From sequence record NC_022096.1: DNA of 64,000 nt; one strand, 5' to 3'. Of the stretch, positions 44,569 through 53,666 are shown in pieces (within the stretch, counting starts at the first letter, position 1; each line of letters opens with the position of its first letter). The notes below the pieces were generated by a model. The model was given only the letters and a program-made list of their open reading frames with translations. It was not told where the DNA came from and did no database searches. The position numbers were made by a program, and so were the translations under genes.

Positions 44569-45408
44569 TTACTTGACGCTGATATTCGGCATCGCGCCGG
44601 GTGCCATGATCACGCACGTGGACTTCGCACACGCATCGCTGTACGCCTTGATGGCGTTGACTTGCAGCGACTGTTCGGCGGTGTAGCCCATCTTGTCGGC
44701 GTATTCCTTGTCCGCTTCGGCGCGTGCCTTCTCAGACTTCTTACGCTGGATTTCGGCAGCTTCTTTCGCAACCAGTGTCACAGAACGCTGCTGCTCCGCT
44801 GCCGTTTCGTCCAGCTGATCAACCACCTTGTCGTTCGGTCGCCCGCGGCCCATGTTGAAGTCGGTGATGATGACATTCAGCCCATCGGCCTTGGCACGAT
44901 CATTCAGGGTCTGCAGGAGTGCCTTCTCGATGTCCGCCGCCACAGTTGCATCAGATAGGAGCTGGCTCATGGTGTACGACTTTGCCAGATCGCGGAACGT
45001 GGACTGCCACGGTGCCATCAGGTTGTTGTCGAACCACTTTTCACCCTTGGTCTGAATGAGCTGGCGCGCATCCGTCACTCGCACTTGAATGGACGTCGTG
45101 TAGTCCAGCAAGTAGTTATCCTTCGTGGGCAAGTCCTCGAAGGGCAGTTCGATACGTTCTGGCAAGACGTTCACCGGAATGCCCACTGTGGTGAGCCATT
45201 CGACGCTTCGACTGCCGGACTTGAGCGTGTAGGGACGTACACCCTCAGCACCCCAGAAGTACGGACGATCCACGAGGACAACCTCCTGACCGTTCTCCGC
45301 GATGATCGAGTGCTTGAAGAACACCCAGATGACGACTTGGGCTACCACGAACAGGGCAGCCAGAGCTGCGATCAGCCACACGATAACGTGGCCACGATTG
45401 TTGCGCAT
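44569..45408 (-). CDS. SPFH/Band-7 (prohibitin/HflC-like) membrane protein
   Basis: N-terminal TM; LPFEDLPTKDNYLLDYTTSIQVRV; FRDLAKSYTMSQLLS; IITDFNMGR; C-terminal AE-rich coiled coil. Confidence 0.8.
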   Translation of the reverse strand: MRNNRGHVIVWLIAALAALFVVAQVVIWVFFKHSIIAENGQEVVLVDRPYFWGAEGVRPYTLKSGSRSVEWLTTVGIPVNVLPERIELPFEDLPTKDNYLLDYTTSIQVRVTDARQLIQTKGEKWFDNNLMAPWQSTFRDLAKSYTMSQLLSDATVAADIEKALLQTLNDRAKADGLNVIITDFNMGRGRPNDKVVDQLDETAAEQQRSVTLVAKEAAEIQRKKSEKARAEADKEYADKMGYTAEQSLQVNAIKAYSDACAKSTCVIMAPGAMPNISVK

Positions 45409-45425
45409 GTTTGTATTTCCTTGTG

Positions 45426-46085
45426 TTATGGGAAGTATTGCTCGACGATTTTCGCCAGGTGGATCAGCTTGTTGTTGCGGTGGGTTTTCTCGGTTTGCTC
45501 AACCTGCAAGCGCAGGTGCTTGATGTTCTTGTCCAGACGCATGGCATACGACCAGGCATCGTTGATCTGCGAACGCTCGCTGGACAGCATGCCTTCTTCG
45601 ATGCGGGCCGTTTCTGGCCCAGGGTGGACGCCGAGGTTGATCAGCGCCTGCCGCAGTTTCGCTTCCATGACTTCGAGTTTGTGCAAGCTGCCCCAGAAGT
45701 AGTCCAGCGGCATCGGCAGAACGGCCTTCAGTTCAGGGTCTTCTTGCAGGCACTCGACGACGAGAGTGTAACTTGGGTCAGTCAGCACCGACAGGGGAGG
45801 GCAGTTTGCCATTGCTTCGGTCTTGTACCGCACCACTCGGAACCCCAGGGTGTCGAGCATGATGTCGGCGTTATCCGCCAGCCAGTTGACATACTTCTCA
45901 TCGCAACCAACGCGAATGAAAACGCAGCTCAGGTCATGCAACCGATAGATGTCCAGATCGGCTGGCGGCTGGGACGACAGGAACTGCTGAAACGCAGGGC
46001 CATTGCGGTTGAAGATTGCGAGCGCCATGGACTCGATGCGCGGAATCTCACGCTCGATATGGACGATCGGGTCGTTTGGGTTCAT
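45426..46085 (-). CDS. Hypothetical protein
   Basis: ATGA overlap upstream. Confidence 0.6.
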   Translation of the reverse strand: MNPNDPIVHIEREIPRIESMALAIFNRNGPAFQQFLSSQPPADLDIYRLHDLSCVFIRVGCDEKYVNWLADNADIMLDTLGFRVVRYKTEAMANCPPLSVLTDPSYTLVVECLQEDPELKAVLPMPLDYFWGSLHKLEVMEAKLRQALINLGVHPGPETARIEEGMLSSERSQINDAWSYAMRLDKNIKHLRLQVEQTEKTHRNNKLIHLAKIVEQYFP

Positions 46086-46630
46086 AGCAGTTCCTCGATT
46101 GCAGTTTTGATGTCACCACGAATGATCGGTGCCCAGCGTAGATCAGAGAAGCGGCGATTGATGAAGGCCAAGTCGTGATCGGATGCGCCGTGCCAGTACG
46201 CAAAGCCCATGACGTAGACGCGGAACGCCATATCCATACGCATTTCTTGTTGCATACTCTGGCTGCCCAAGCGATGATAGCCGAGCGCGTTGATCCGCAC
46301 ATGGGCGTCATCCGGCATGAATCGCTTGAACGTGCGCGAGTGATACATGATTTGGCGCGGCAGCTCACTCTCGACCAGAAACGGATCGACACCGTCCAGA
46401 TGCGCCCAGTCCTCGCCGGCTGCTGCGCAAGCAGCCAACCAGTGGATGTTGAGGTACGCCTCGAGGTCAGACGCGGTCAGGTCAAGTGGCATGCTGCCTG
46501 CGAGAATGAGCACATTCGGCACGGCGTTCGCGCACACTTCAAGCTGTTCGTCAAAACCTGTCCGATGAAATTCGCGGAAGCGGAGCCTGAAGTCGTTCTT
46601 GGTCGCGTCTACCCCATCCACTACCTGCAT
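46082..46630 (-). CDS. Hypothetical protein (start placed at ATG 46630; uncertain)
   Basis: The protein-like part of ORF 46082..46867 begins MQVVDGVD. Confidence 0.5.
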   Translation of the reverse strand: MQVVDGVDATKNDFRLRFREFHRTGFDEQLEVCANAVPNVLILAGSMPLDLTASDLEAYLNIHWLAACAAAGEDWAHLDGVDPFLVESELPRQIMYHSRTFKRFMPDDAHVRINALGYHRLGSQSMQQEMRMDMAFRVYVMGFAYWHGASDHDLAFINRRFSDLRWAPIIRGDIKTAIEELL

Positions 46631-47234
46631 TCGCAAAGCCTGTGCGGCTTCCAGACAGGACGCCTTCGTAGTAGTAGAGGAGTTCTCGGCAGAGGGATTG
46701 CAAGACACGTTCGACATAGTTGAGCCTGCTTGGGTCCATGTTCGTGAGAGTGCGGAGTTTTTCTGCGGTGTCCGGGTCCACACGGTACAGTGGACGTATG
46801 AGAGCCAACACCGTTTCGATGATCCCTGTGATCGGGTGAAACTTGAGCGTGTGATTCCCCTGGACATCGCCGTACACTGTCATATCTACCGTGTGATCGA
46901 CAGTGAATCCGCAGACTTCCGTCAACGAATACACAGCGTCCATGTATTCACGGAACAAGGCCATGTCCCGAGTAAGCAGCTCAAATTCGAGCTTCGGGAG
47001 ATTGGATTTTTGAGTGTACGCAGGTGTTGCAGAGTGCCCTGAGTAAAATAGGTCCGGACTTGGAAACTGAATGTTCACGCTGAACGAACCGCCCAAGCGG
47101 CTACAACGCAGAAACAACGTGAACCACTCCACCATGAGCAACGCAGCCGGCTTGTTGTCCTCGTCGGCCTTGGTTTCAGCCAACTCCTTCAGGACATCTG
47201 CTAGCGCCCTTTCGCCTTGCCCGATTGCTTGCAT
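46551..47234 (-). CDS. Hypothetical protein
   Basis: 227-aa ORF; 3' end overlaps the next gene. Confidence 0.5.
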   Translation of the reverse strand: MQAIGQGERALADVLKELAETKADEDNKPAALLMVEWFTLFLRCSRLGGSFSVNIQFPSPDLFYSGHSATPAYTQKSNLPKLEFELLTRDMALFREYMDAVYSLTEVCGFTVDHTVDMTVYGDVQGNHTLKFHPITGIIETVLALIRPLYRVDPDTAEKLRTLTNMDPSRLNYVERVLQSLCRELLYYYEGVLSGSRTGFANAGSGWGRRDQERLQAPLPRISSDRF

Positions 47235-47593
47235 TTCATCAGCCTCTTGACCTGTTTGATTACGGAGTCCCCATGGCAGCGCTCATTCGCGTCGCAGAAG
47301 CATACAAGCCGAACGTCATGTCCAGCTTGCAACCACTCCACGATTTTGTTGAGCCTCTCCATGATCGCCTTGTCTTTGTGCTTTACACTAAGCTCCAAGG
47401 CGGTGTCATACAGGTCGCACACTTCGTCGCGGTTGCCGTCTCGACCGAGCACGTAATCGTTACCCAAAGGCGACGGCCTGCCGATGAACTCATCAATCGT
47501 CGGAGCTTTTCGTGGGTCCAAAATAACGACAGGACGGCGGCTGTGATTGATCCGACTCAAGACGCCAAGGGTGTTGGTTTTGCCGAAAAGCAT
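47201..47593 (-). CDS. DUF4326-family protein
   Basis: FIGRPSPLGNDY...L.CFC....CHGD signature; GGAG SD. Confidence 0.85.
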   Translation of the reverse strand: MLFGKTNTLGVLSRINHSRRPVVILDPRKAPTIDEFIGRPSPLGNDYVLGRDGNRDEVCDLYDTALELSVKHKDKAIMERLNKIVEWLQAGHDVRLVCFCDANERCHGDSVIKQVKRLMKCKQSGKAKGR

Positions 47594-48167
47594 TTGCTAA
47601 CTCCGGATCGTGGACCACAAGCTCCACATTCAATTGGTGGTTGGCGATTGAGGCTTCCGTGTTATTGCGCTCATCGCAGATCACGTCAAAGCCTTTGTTT
47701 TCCGAGAGTACGGAGCGAGGCTTGTCGAAGACGTACACCCACGGCATGGTGCGAGTAGGCGTGTCGTTACTCGTTGCAGTCACGGTGACCACAAGATAAC
47801 CTTGCGCCAACAAGCCTGCATCCCAGTCCACTTCCGCGACGACAGTGAACGGAGAATGCCCTTCGTAGCACACGTCGAGAAAACGCTCTATCAAACGATG
47901 CAGCGTTTCCTTGGCCGCGTCGGCAGCAACCTCTATCGGTGCGTTCTTGAAACTGGAACGCAACAACGCCAGAGTTGCGGAGTTTGCCGTGAACAAGGCG
48001 TTCATGAAGTACGTCGGTGCTTTCGGACTCTTGGCGTCGTGCAGAATCGCACACAGCGAGCGCCACGTCTCAGGCATTTCGTCAATCACCCTCTCCGCGT
48101 ATTGCAGATCGATGAAACGAGCGAGTACGCCACCTGCCTGCGGATCATTACTGAGCACGCCTAGCAT
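47493..48167 (-). CDS. Hypothetical protein
   Basis: 224-aa ORF; no motif recognised. Confidence 0.55.
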   Translation of the reverse strand: MLGVLSNDPQAGGVLARFIDLQYAERVIDEMPETWRSLCAILHDAKSPKAPTYFMNALFTANSATLALLRSSFKNAPIEVAADAAKETLHRLIERFLDVCYEGHSPFTVVAEVDWDAGLLAQGYLVVTVTATSNDTPTRTMPWVYVFDKPRSVLSENKGFDVICDERNNTEASIANHQLNVELVVHDPELANAFRQNQHPWRLESDQSQPPSCRYFGPTKSSDD

Positions 48168-48460
48168 TGTGCCTTCTCCAGCGGAGTGATGATAACGGTT
48201 CTCTCAGGCTTACCTGCAACGATCTTGGCCCCAGTAAAATCCGGATACTCCGTACGGTGCAGGTCGTCACGCCACTTGCCGCCTTTGGCTATGACGTTGC
48301 GACTGCGCTTGTAGTAGACGCCGCACTTACACGTATGGTCAATCTCGCCGCCGTCACCCGTGTCGTACTCGTCCGACAGGTAGGTGCGATCCTCGATCAA
48401 CGCACCGCACTTGCACTGCAGGACATGGATGTGAAGTTGTGGGTACTTAGCTTCCGCCAT
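48161..48460 (-). CDS. Small Zn-ribbon-like protein
   Basis: GAGGA SD before ATG 48460; QCKCG...TCKCG pair. Confidence 0.55.
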   Translation of the reverse strand: MAEAKYPQLHIHVLQCKCGALIEDRTYLSDEYDTGDGGEIDHTCKCGVYYKRSRNVIAKGGKWRDDLHRTEYPDFTGAKIVAGKPERTVIITPLEKAQC

Positions 48461-48704
48461 TGGCTTCATCCTCTGCCGTTGCATCGAGCAGTGCAGTCAA
48501 GCCATCGCGCAGCGCTACTAGGCTTTCTCGATCAGTAACCACACCGGCGCGATGGCCTCCTTCGAGTTCTATACCGAAGCCGGTGCCCCAGCTATCGTCC
48601 CATTTGACGACATCGATGTGACCTCCGCCATTGCCTTCTGGATACGCGCCTTTAAGGGCAAGATGGAAACCGGGTCGTTTGCTTTTGCGCTCTCGTGTGC
48701 TCAT
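48447..48704 (-). CDS. Hypothetical protein
   Basis: Start placed at ATG 48704, 5 nt after the upstream stop. Confidence 0.55.
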   Translation of the reverse strand: MSTRERKSKRPGFHLALKGAYPEGNGGGHIDVVKWDDSWGTGFGIELEGGHRAGVVTDRESLVALRDGLTALLDATAEDEANGGS

Positions 48705-48708
48705 CGGC

Positions 48709-49512
48709 TCACTTCCTGTTCCGCTTGCGACTCTTGGCTTGCTGTTTCCGCTTCGCCTTGTTCTTGGCGCGCTGCTTCTCACCAGGCCCTTTCAACGGAG
48801 GGTGGCCGGCGTAGTCCCAACCGTTAGACGTATCGACCACTACACGGCCGTCATCCATCTTAGGCAGAAAACCCAGGCTATCGACGTGTATGACGTACGG
48901 CGTCATGCCACGAGCTTTTCCATGGTCGATGTGGCCCACGGTGCCGACATTTGGATGATTTGCCTGTCGAGCAGTGCGCTCTTCCTCGCCCAGTATGTGA
49001 GTCAGGGCGTTTAGGTAGGGCATGGCATTGCGAACTTTTGCCTCGGCATCCGCTACGCTGCGGTCTTTCGAGGAGTCCCACTCGGTCCATCCGTCACGCG
49101 GCTCTCGGGCAAACATCATAAACTCGTGCCAGTCAAGCTCCACATGCCAGTCTTCGGCAATGTGTGGAAGCAATGCGATGAACGCATACTGGGTGTTGAT
49201 GTCCTTGAAACAAGCGTAGAAATCCAACCCACGCCCTTCGAGTACGGTGCGCGGTGCGGCCTCATCCTCTTCACCGTACGGTGAATTGCGAAAGCCTGGA
49301 ATAGCCGATGACATTGCACTGGGCACCCAGTCGCCGTAGCTGCTCAGGCAGAGAAAGCGAAAGGCTTCCGTTTCGGTAATTGCCTCGGGCAAGTCCAAGC
49401 TTTCCCACGGCGCGAAGTCGTTGTCCTCGTTTGGTGTGAAGCGTGGCGCCAGCGCAGTCAGCAGCTCCTCTTTCAAGGTAACGTGACCGCGAATGTGTGC
49501 GTAATCACCCAT
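48709..49512 (-). CDS. Hypothetical protein carrying an EF-Tu-like peptide and a basic C-terminal tail
   Basis: NVGTVGHIDHGKARGMT at 48901-48951; C-terminal KQRAKNKAKRKQQAKSRKRNRK. Confidence 0.65.
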   Translation of the reverse strand: MGDYAHIRGHVTLKEELLTALAPRFTPNEDNDFAPWESLDLPEAITETEAFRFLCLSSYGDWVPSAMSSAIPGFRNSPYGEEDEAAPRTVLEGRGLDFYACFKDINTQYAFIALLPHIAEDWHVELDWHEFMMFAREPRDGWTEWDSSKDRSVADAEAKVRNAMPYLNALTHILGEEERTARQANHPNVGTVGHIDHGKARGMTPYVIHVDSLGFLPKMDDGRVVVDTSNGWDYAGHPPLKGPGEKQRAKNKAKRKQQAKSRKRNRK

Positions 49513-49825
49513 GATCTTTCCTTGTTCGTATGTTGGTTAGCTCTCGGATTAGGTCGTCCTGCATCACAGAGAGCGGGCCGCGCAAAGGCGCCAAATGCTT
49601 TTCTGGTATGGCGCCAATTTCACTTTCGTAGTTCAGCCCAAATCGATCACTTAGAACGAGCCTGCCGCGGACGATCCAGACTCGCTCTCGCTTTTCGTTG
49701 TCCGTGGTGTGTTCACCGTATCGAACTACAGCGTCAGTGGTACAACGCACCAGCGTGACGCCACGCATCAGGTTTTCATCGTGCGCTGCCTTAACGATCA
49801 ACGCTGGATCGCCCACGTTGAACAT
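49505..49825 (-). CDS. Hypothetical SH3/KOW-like protein
   Basis: FNVGDPALIVK...GAIPEKHLAPLRG pattern. Confidence 0.55.
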   Translation of the reverse strand: MFNVGDPALIVKAAHDENLMRGVTLVRCTTDAVVRYGEHTTDNEKRERVWIVRGRLVLSDRFGLNYESEIGAIPEKHLAPLRGPLSVMQDDLIRELTNIRTRKDHG

Positions 49826-49828
49826 GGC

Positions 49829-50371
49829 TTAGCCCTCGACAGAATCACGCAGGTGCTGCGCCTGTTCACGGTCGCGCATGGCGTCGATTGTTTCCTGCAG
49901 TTCTGCTTCTTTCGCCTTGAGCGTTTCGATTTCTGCAAACTGCGCACGTACCAACCGAGCAGATTCCTGATACAGGTTGGGTAAGATGTCATCGCCGATG
50001 CCAGTGACGTTGCCGACGTTGATCCCGCCCTGCTTGTCGCCTTCTTCGTCGAGTGCATCCAGAATTTCCTGAATCTGGCTCTGACTGAACCCGTTGAGTT
50101 GCAGGTATTGCACTGCGTTGTAGTCGCGCAGGTGATCGATGTCGATGCCGTCGCCTTGGCTCATGCCGTGAAGCATGTCACCAACAACGCCCACGCTCAG
50201 CCACTTGCTGTGATGGAACTCGCTGATCAGGTCATGATACGCTTCACGCAGGCGCGCATTCACAACGGCTTCGGAGTTCTCACGCTTACGCGGCCACATG
50301 CGAGTGACCACCATGACCAGAATTGCGATAACGACAAACTGCCACAGCGGCAGCGAAAGGGTATGCTCCAC
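49829..50371 (-). CDS. Membrane-anchored protein with C-terminal coiled coil
   Basis: TM LWQFVVIAILVMVV; heptads at the C-terminus. Confidence 0.65.
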   Translation of the reverse strand: MEHTLSLPLWQFVVIAILVMVVTRMWPRKRENSEAVVNARLREAYHDLISEFHHSKWLSVGVVGDMLHGMSQGDGIDIDHLRDYNAVQYLQLNGFSQSQIQEILDALDEEGDKQGGINVGNVTGIGDDILPNLYQESARLVRAQFAEIETLKAKEAELQETIDAMRDREQAQHLRDSVEG

Positions 50372-50380
50372 GGCATTCTC

Positions 50381-50584
50381 CTAGTATTGGACGTAGCGTT
50401 CTTTGATGAGTTGCTCGGCTTCGCAGTTGCTGTCCATGTAGACCAGCTCGCTGCACTTCGTTGCACCTGGTGCGTGATCCTGAATGAAGGCTTTACCCAA
50501 AGGCATCTGGACGCTACGGTCACTGTTGTAGAACCGCTCACGCCATTTTTCCCAGTCAATCGCTTTCAAGGTGATCGCACACAT
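50381..50584 (-). CDS. Hypothetical protein
   Basis: 67-aa ORF filling the gap exactly. Confidence 0.55.
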   Translation of the reverse strand: MCAITLKAIDWEKWRERFYNSDRSVQMPLGKAFIQDHAPGATKCSELVYMDSNCEAEQLIKERYVQY

Positions 50585-50587
50585 TGG

Positions 50588-51085
50588 TTAGTCTCCGTAG
50601 ACAATGGCCGCCAGATCAAACGAGTCCCGCAGTAAGTTGACAAGCACGCCAGTAGACCCGTTGAAAGCGTGGGTGAGCCCGTGCTTCTCCACGTAAATCC
50701 AACCGTTCGCCTCATTGACGCGCAAGTACGCATCGCCAATACGCGCTACACCGCGATTGCTCCACTTGATCGGGAAGCGGTCACAGAACAGCGCGTACAG
50801 CCACGCTCCGCGATCGGTGTGGATGTGCGGAGCAGCGGTGAAGTGGTTGATGAGTTCACCGACCGACGTGATGACGAGCGTGGCAAACATCGCCTTCGGG
50901 AACTGATAACGAATGTACGGCCCATCGCCGTTGTGCTCTTGGTGCAACGTACCCAAGAAGCGCCCATCAGCGTCGTGGATTTCTTCGTCTCGCCGACCGT
51001 AGGATTTAACCTGCCAGCCGGCTTCGATCAGAGCGTTCACGATGTCGATGAACGCTTGGGTCTTGCCTTCGGTCGCTTGTCTCAC
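50588..51085 (-). CDS. Hypothetical protein
   Basis: GTGA overlap with the upstream stop. Confidence 0.6.
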   Translation of the reverse strand: MRQATEGKTQAFIDIVNALIEAGWQVKSYGRRDEEIHDADGRFLGTLHQEHNGDGPYIRYQFPKAMFATLVITSVGELINHFTAAPHIHTDRGAWLYALFCDRFPIKWSNRGVARIGDAYLRVNEANGWIYVEKHGLTHAFNGSTGVLVNLLRDSFDLAAIVYGD

Positions 51086-51984
51086 AGGCTACCATCCCAT
51101 GCCAGTTCAGTGTGTGCGAAGCAGCTATAAAACTGCACCTCGCTCTCATGGTAGAACAGAAGGTTTGCCTTGCTCTTGAGCTCCTCGTCACCTTCCATGC
51201 CGATGGAGTTGCGCATGATCCCAGTGTGCAACTGGAAGTTTCTGGGCTCCATGACCAGCAGATACGGAGCTAGAACCTCCAGATCACTCGCACGGATCAG
51301 TGCGCGCCCTTGGCGCTGCTCGTTCGTGTTGTCATCGACCATCTTGAGCAACTGCACGTTGTCGGCCGCACCCGCGTCATCCAGATCACGCAACACACGC
51401 GCATCGTCGAACAAGGCAAACACCTCACTAAACTTCTCGCACGCATACCAACGACCTCCGAATTGCACAGCGTAGGTGCTGTGCCTCATCGCCGTCTTCC
51501 GACGGTCGTTGTGGTAGTTGTTGTAGATGATCTGCGCAAATGGCCGATCCGGAACTTCGCTGAATGCGATGTTGATGGCTGGGCATGCACGGCGGTTGCC
51601 GCTGAACCCAACCATGTCGAAGCGCACGATCTTGGTATGATTCTCGAACAGGAGTTCGGCGGTCTCCAGCTTCTGGATATGCTGACGCATTGCCTGACGT
51701 GCGTGCCGTTGCCGGTGGCGCAGTTCCTGCTCTTTCTTGAAGAACCAAGCCAGTCTCGGACCTGCCTGACTCACAGTCACCGTGACGGACTCTGCGCCCA
51801 TCTGCATGGACACAGCGTAGTTTTGGATGCTGAGCGACACTTGGACGTAGGAGTCCTTGATGTCGATGCCTACTTGAAACTCGCCTTGCTCCTTCACGCT
51901 GAATTGGCGATTCGGGTAGCGTTGCTTGAACTTCGCGGCGAGTGATTCGGCCGAACTCAGCAGGCTAGCGTGTGTGCGTTTCAT
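51082..51984 (-). CDS. Hypothetical protein
   Basis: 300-aa packed ORF. Confidence 0.6.
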   Translation of the reverse strand: MKRTHASLLSSAESLAAKFKQRYPNRQFSVKEQGEFQVGIDIKDSYVQVSLSIQNYAVSMQMGAESVTVTVSQAGPRLAWFFKKEQELRHRQRHARQAMRQHIQKLETAELLFENHTKIVRFDMVGFSGNRRACPAINIAFSEVPDRPFAQIIYNNYHNDRRKTAMRHSTYAVQFGGRWYACEKFSEVFALFDDARVLRDLDDAGAADNVQLLKMVDDNTNEQRQGRALIRASDLEVLAPYLLVMEPRNFQLHTGIMRNSIGMEGDEELKSKANLLFYHESEVQFYSCFAHTELAWDGSL

Positions 51985-51995
51985 GATCTGGTACC

Positions 51996-52340
51996 TCAGG
52001 TTCCCAACGGCGCATGGTCGCGCAGGTGGTGCATGTTGACGTTGGTGCTCGACCAGTTGTTCTGCAGGTGACTGATGAGCAGCGCATCCCGAGCGGGTCG
52101 AGACTTGACGCCGCCGAGCGATTCACTTTCGCCCCAGCAAGTCACCTTGCCTTTATCGTCGATGCTGACGAAGCCTGCCGACAGCACGTTGCCTACGAAG
52201 CAATTGTGGTCGTAGCGACGATAAGCAAGCGACACGGAGTCGTACATGCCTTTGTGGGCGATGATGTTGGCAAACAGGATGGGCACCTCGTGCTTACCGT
52301 TGGCGTCACGGCTTTCAAACTCGACGACGATGTACTTCAT
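51996..52340 (-). CDS. Conserved phage hypothetical protein
   Basis: MKYIVV..PILF...H...LSAGFV..TCWGESESLG..SRP..D pattern that I recall from diverse phage genomes; ATGA overlap at 52340. Confidence 0.65.
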   Translation of the reverse strand: MKYIVVEFESRDANGKHEVPILFANIIAHKGMYDSVSLAYRRYDHNCFVGNVLSAGFVSIDDKGKVTCWGESESLGGVKSRPARDALLISHLQNNWSSTNVNMHHLRDHAPLGT

Positions 52341-52594
52341 TTCCATAGGATGCACCCTCCAGTGCGCTTTGCAAGTTCGTATGCTACTTCCATGGCGCGG
52401 TCACGGTCCTGATACGGCATGCCATCGTAGCAAGTCCAGAAGAGAAGACCTTGACCGCGCACTTCCACGTGCCAACCGAAAACGCCGTACGGGTTGTCGT
52501 AGTAGCGCACGCGCACTTGCTGTTCGCCGAAGTTCCAAGACCGCAGGGAAAGCTGCAAGTAGTGCAGCACCATGAACAACCAGTAGACGTTCAT
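52337..52594 (-). CDS. Hypothetical protein
   Basis: 85-aa packed ORF. Confidence 0.55.
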   Translation of the reverse strand: MNVYWLFMVLHYLQLSLRSWNFGEQQVRVRYYDNPYGVFGWHVEVRGQGLLFWTCYDGMPYQDRDRAMEVAYELAKRTGGCILWK

Positions 52595-52597
52595 AGG

Positions 52598-53014
52598 TTA
52601 CTCCGGGCGTGTCGGGACAGACACTTCGAGAATGTGGGGTCGAATCGGACCTCCACTTTCCATTGGGTAGATGTCCTGCCGAGACTCGAAGCAAATCTCA
52701 GCACACAGCTTACCGTTGCGAACAAGCATACGCCGAAGAATGCCGATACCAAGCTCTTCGTGGAAGACTGCTTCGCCTTCTTCCGGACACCAAGACACCG
52801 TACGCTTCTTGACCTCCTGAGTGTCTACGCCTACGACTCGGCCTTCATCTTCCTCGATGGAACGTGCCAGACGTGCGATGATTTCGGAGTTCATGCTGCG
52901 ATGGTGCGTACGGGCAACGTCCGCGATGCGTTCGCGCATGCCATCCGGCAAACGCACGACAAACTTGTCGGCGCTGCGGCTGTTATACGGCATACGGGAT
53001 TTCTCGTTATTCAT
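52598..53014 (-). CDS. amrZ: AmrZ/AlgZ-like Arc-family ribbon-helix-helix regulator with a non-AmrZ C-terminal domain
   Basis: [40 protein letters not shown] versus P. aeruginosa Amr[41 protein letters not shown] (recalled from memory; 34/40 identical if the recall is right). Confidence 0.92.
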   Translation of the reverse strand: MNNEKSRMPYNSRSADKFVVRLPDGMRERIADVARTHHRSMNSEIIARLARSIEEDEGRVVGVDTQEVKKRTVSWCPEEGEAVFHEELGIGILRRMLVRNGKLCAEICFESRQDIYPMESGGPIRPHILEVSVPTRPE

Positions 53015-53056
53015 AATCTCATCCTAATGGGTGAACGACTTCTGTTTACACAACCA

Positions 53057-53665
53057 TCAGCGCTTGTTCGCTTCGCAGCACGGGCAGCCTTCGTGCGTGT
53101 TCACATTCGGACTTGCAGCGCCCGGGACCGCAGTTGCACGGAACATACGGTTCTCAAACTGCTTGAAGTGAATGTGCTCTTCCTGCTTGGCGAACACCAA
53201 CTCACCCGCGCGCAGACCTTCTCCTGCAACGCGGTCAATCCTTCTGTTCCCGGTAGCAATAACTACCTTGGTTTTGTGCACCTTCTTGTAGCGCGGAATG
53301 ATCGTGCAGCCGCGACGCCCAGCTTCCCAGAAATCCATCGGCTGATCGCGCCCAGCTTTGCCTGCTGCCGTATGCAACTTGGCGTACTTGTCGAGACGCA
53401 TCTGCCCGACGCTACGGCAGTCGCCTTGCTGCATGAGCACGTTGGTGTAGTAGGAACCGAGATACGCCAGACCCCACTTCGTTTCGATGTGATGCTCGCC
53501 ATTGGCGCTGCGCGTATGGATGATCAGCTTGCCGTTGAGCTTGCCGTAGTAGGTGCTCAGGACGTAATGCTTCTCCACGTCACGTCCGTTGTTGAAGTAG
53601 ATGGTCTGGCCGTAACGCAGCTTGAGCTTGCGATGCCAGCTTTCGGTACGCAGAAGGTTTCCCAC
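53057..53665 (-). CDS. Hypothetical basic protein
   Basis: 202-aa ORF; C-terminal HEGCPCC. Confidence 0.6.
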   Translation of the reverse strand: MGNLLRTESWHRKLKLRYGQTIYFNNGRDVEKHYVLSTYYGKLNGKLIIHTRSANGEHHIETKWGLAYLGSYYTNVLMQQGDCRSVGQMRLDKYAKLHTAAGKAGRDQPMDFWEAGRRGCTIIPRYKKVHKTKVVIATGNRRIDRVAGEGLRAGELVFAKQEEHIHFKQFENRMFRATAVPGAASPNVNTHEGCPCCEANKR

Positions 53666-53666
53666 G

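Noticed and set aside
45405-45425. ACAAGGAAAT upstream of the SPFH gene as a fourth Rsm site
   Set aside because: It misses the closing G of the consensus, has no supporting stem, and is adequately explained as the SD.
36687-47593. Long 3' overlaps (36687/37282, 46551/46630, 47493/47593) as a sign of recoding or stop-codon reassignment
   Set aside because: All three stop codons terminate genes normally with tight stop/start coupling, and large genes are not fragmented. The overlaps are more simply C-terminal run-ons or uncertain starts.
48709-49512. A genuine EF-Tu/GTPase gene
   Set aside because: Only ~17 residues match. There is no DxxG or NKxD, and the rest of the protein is unrelated.
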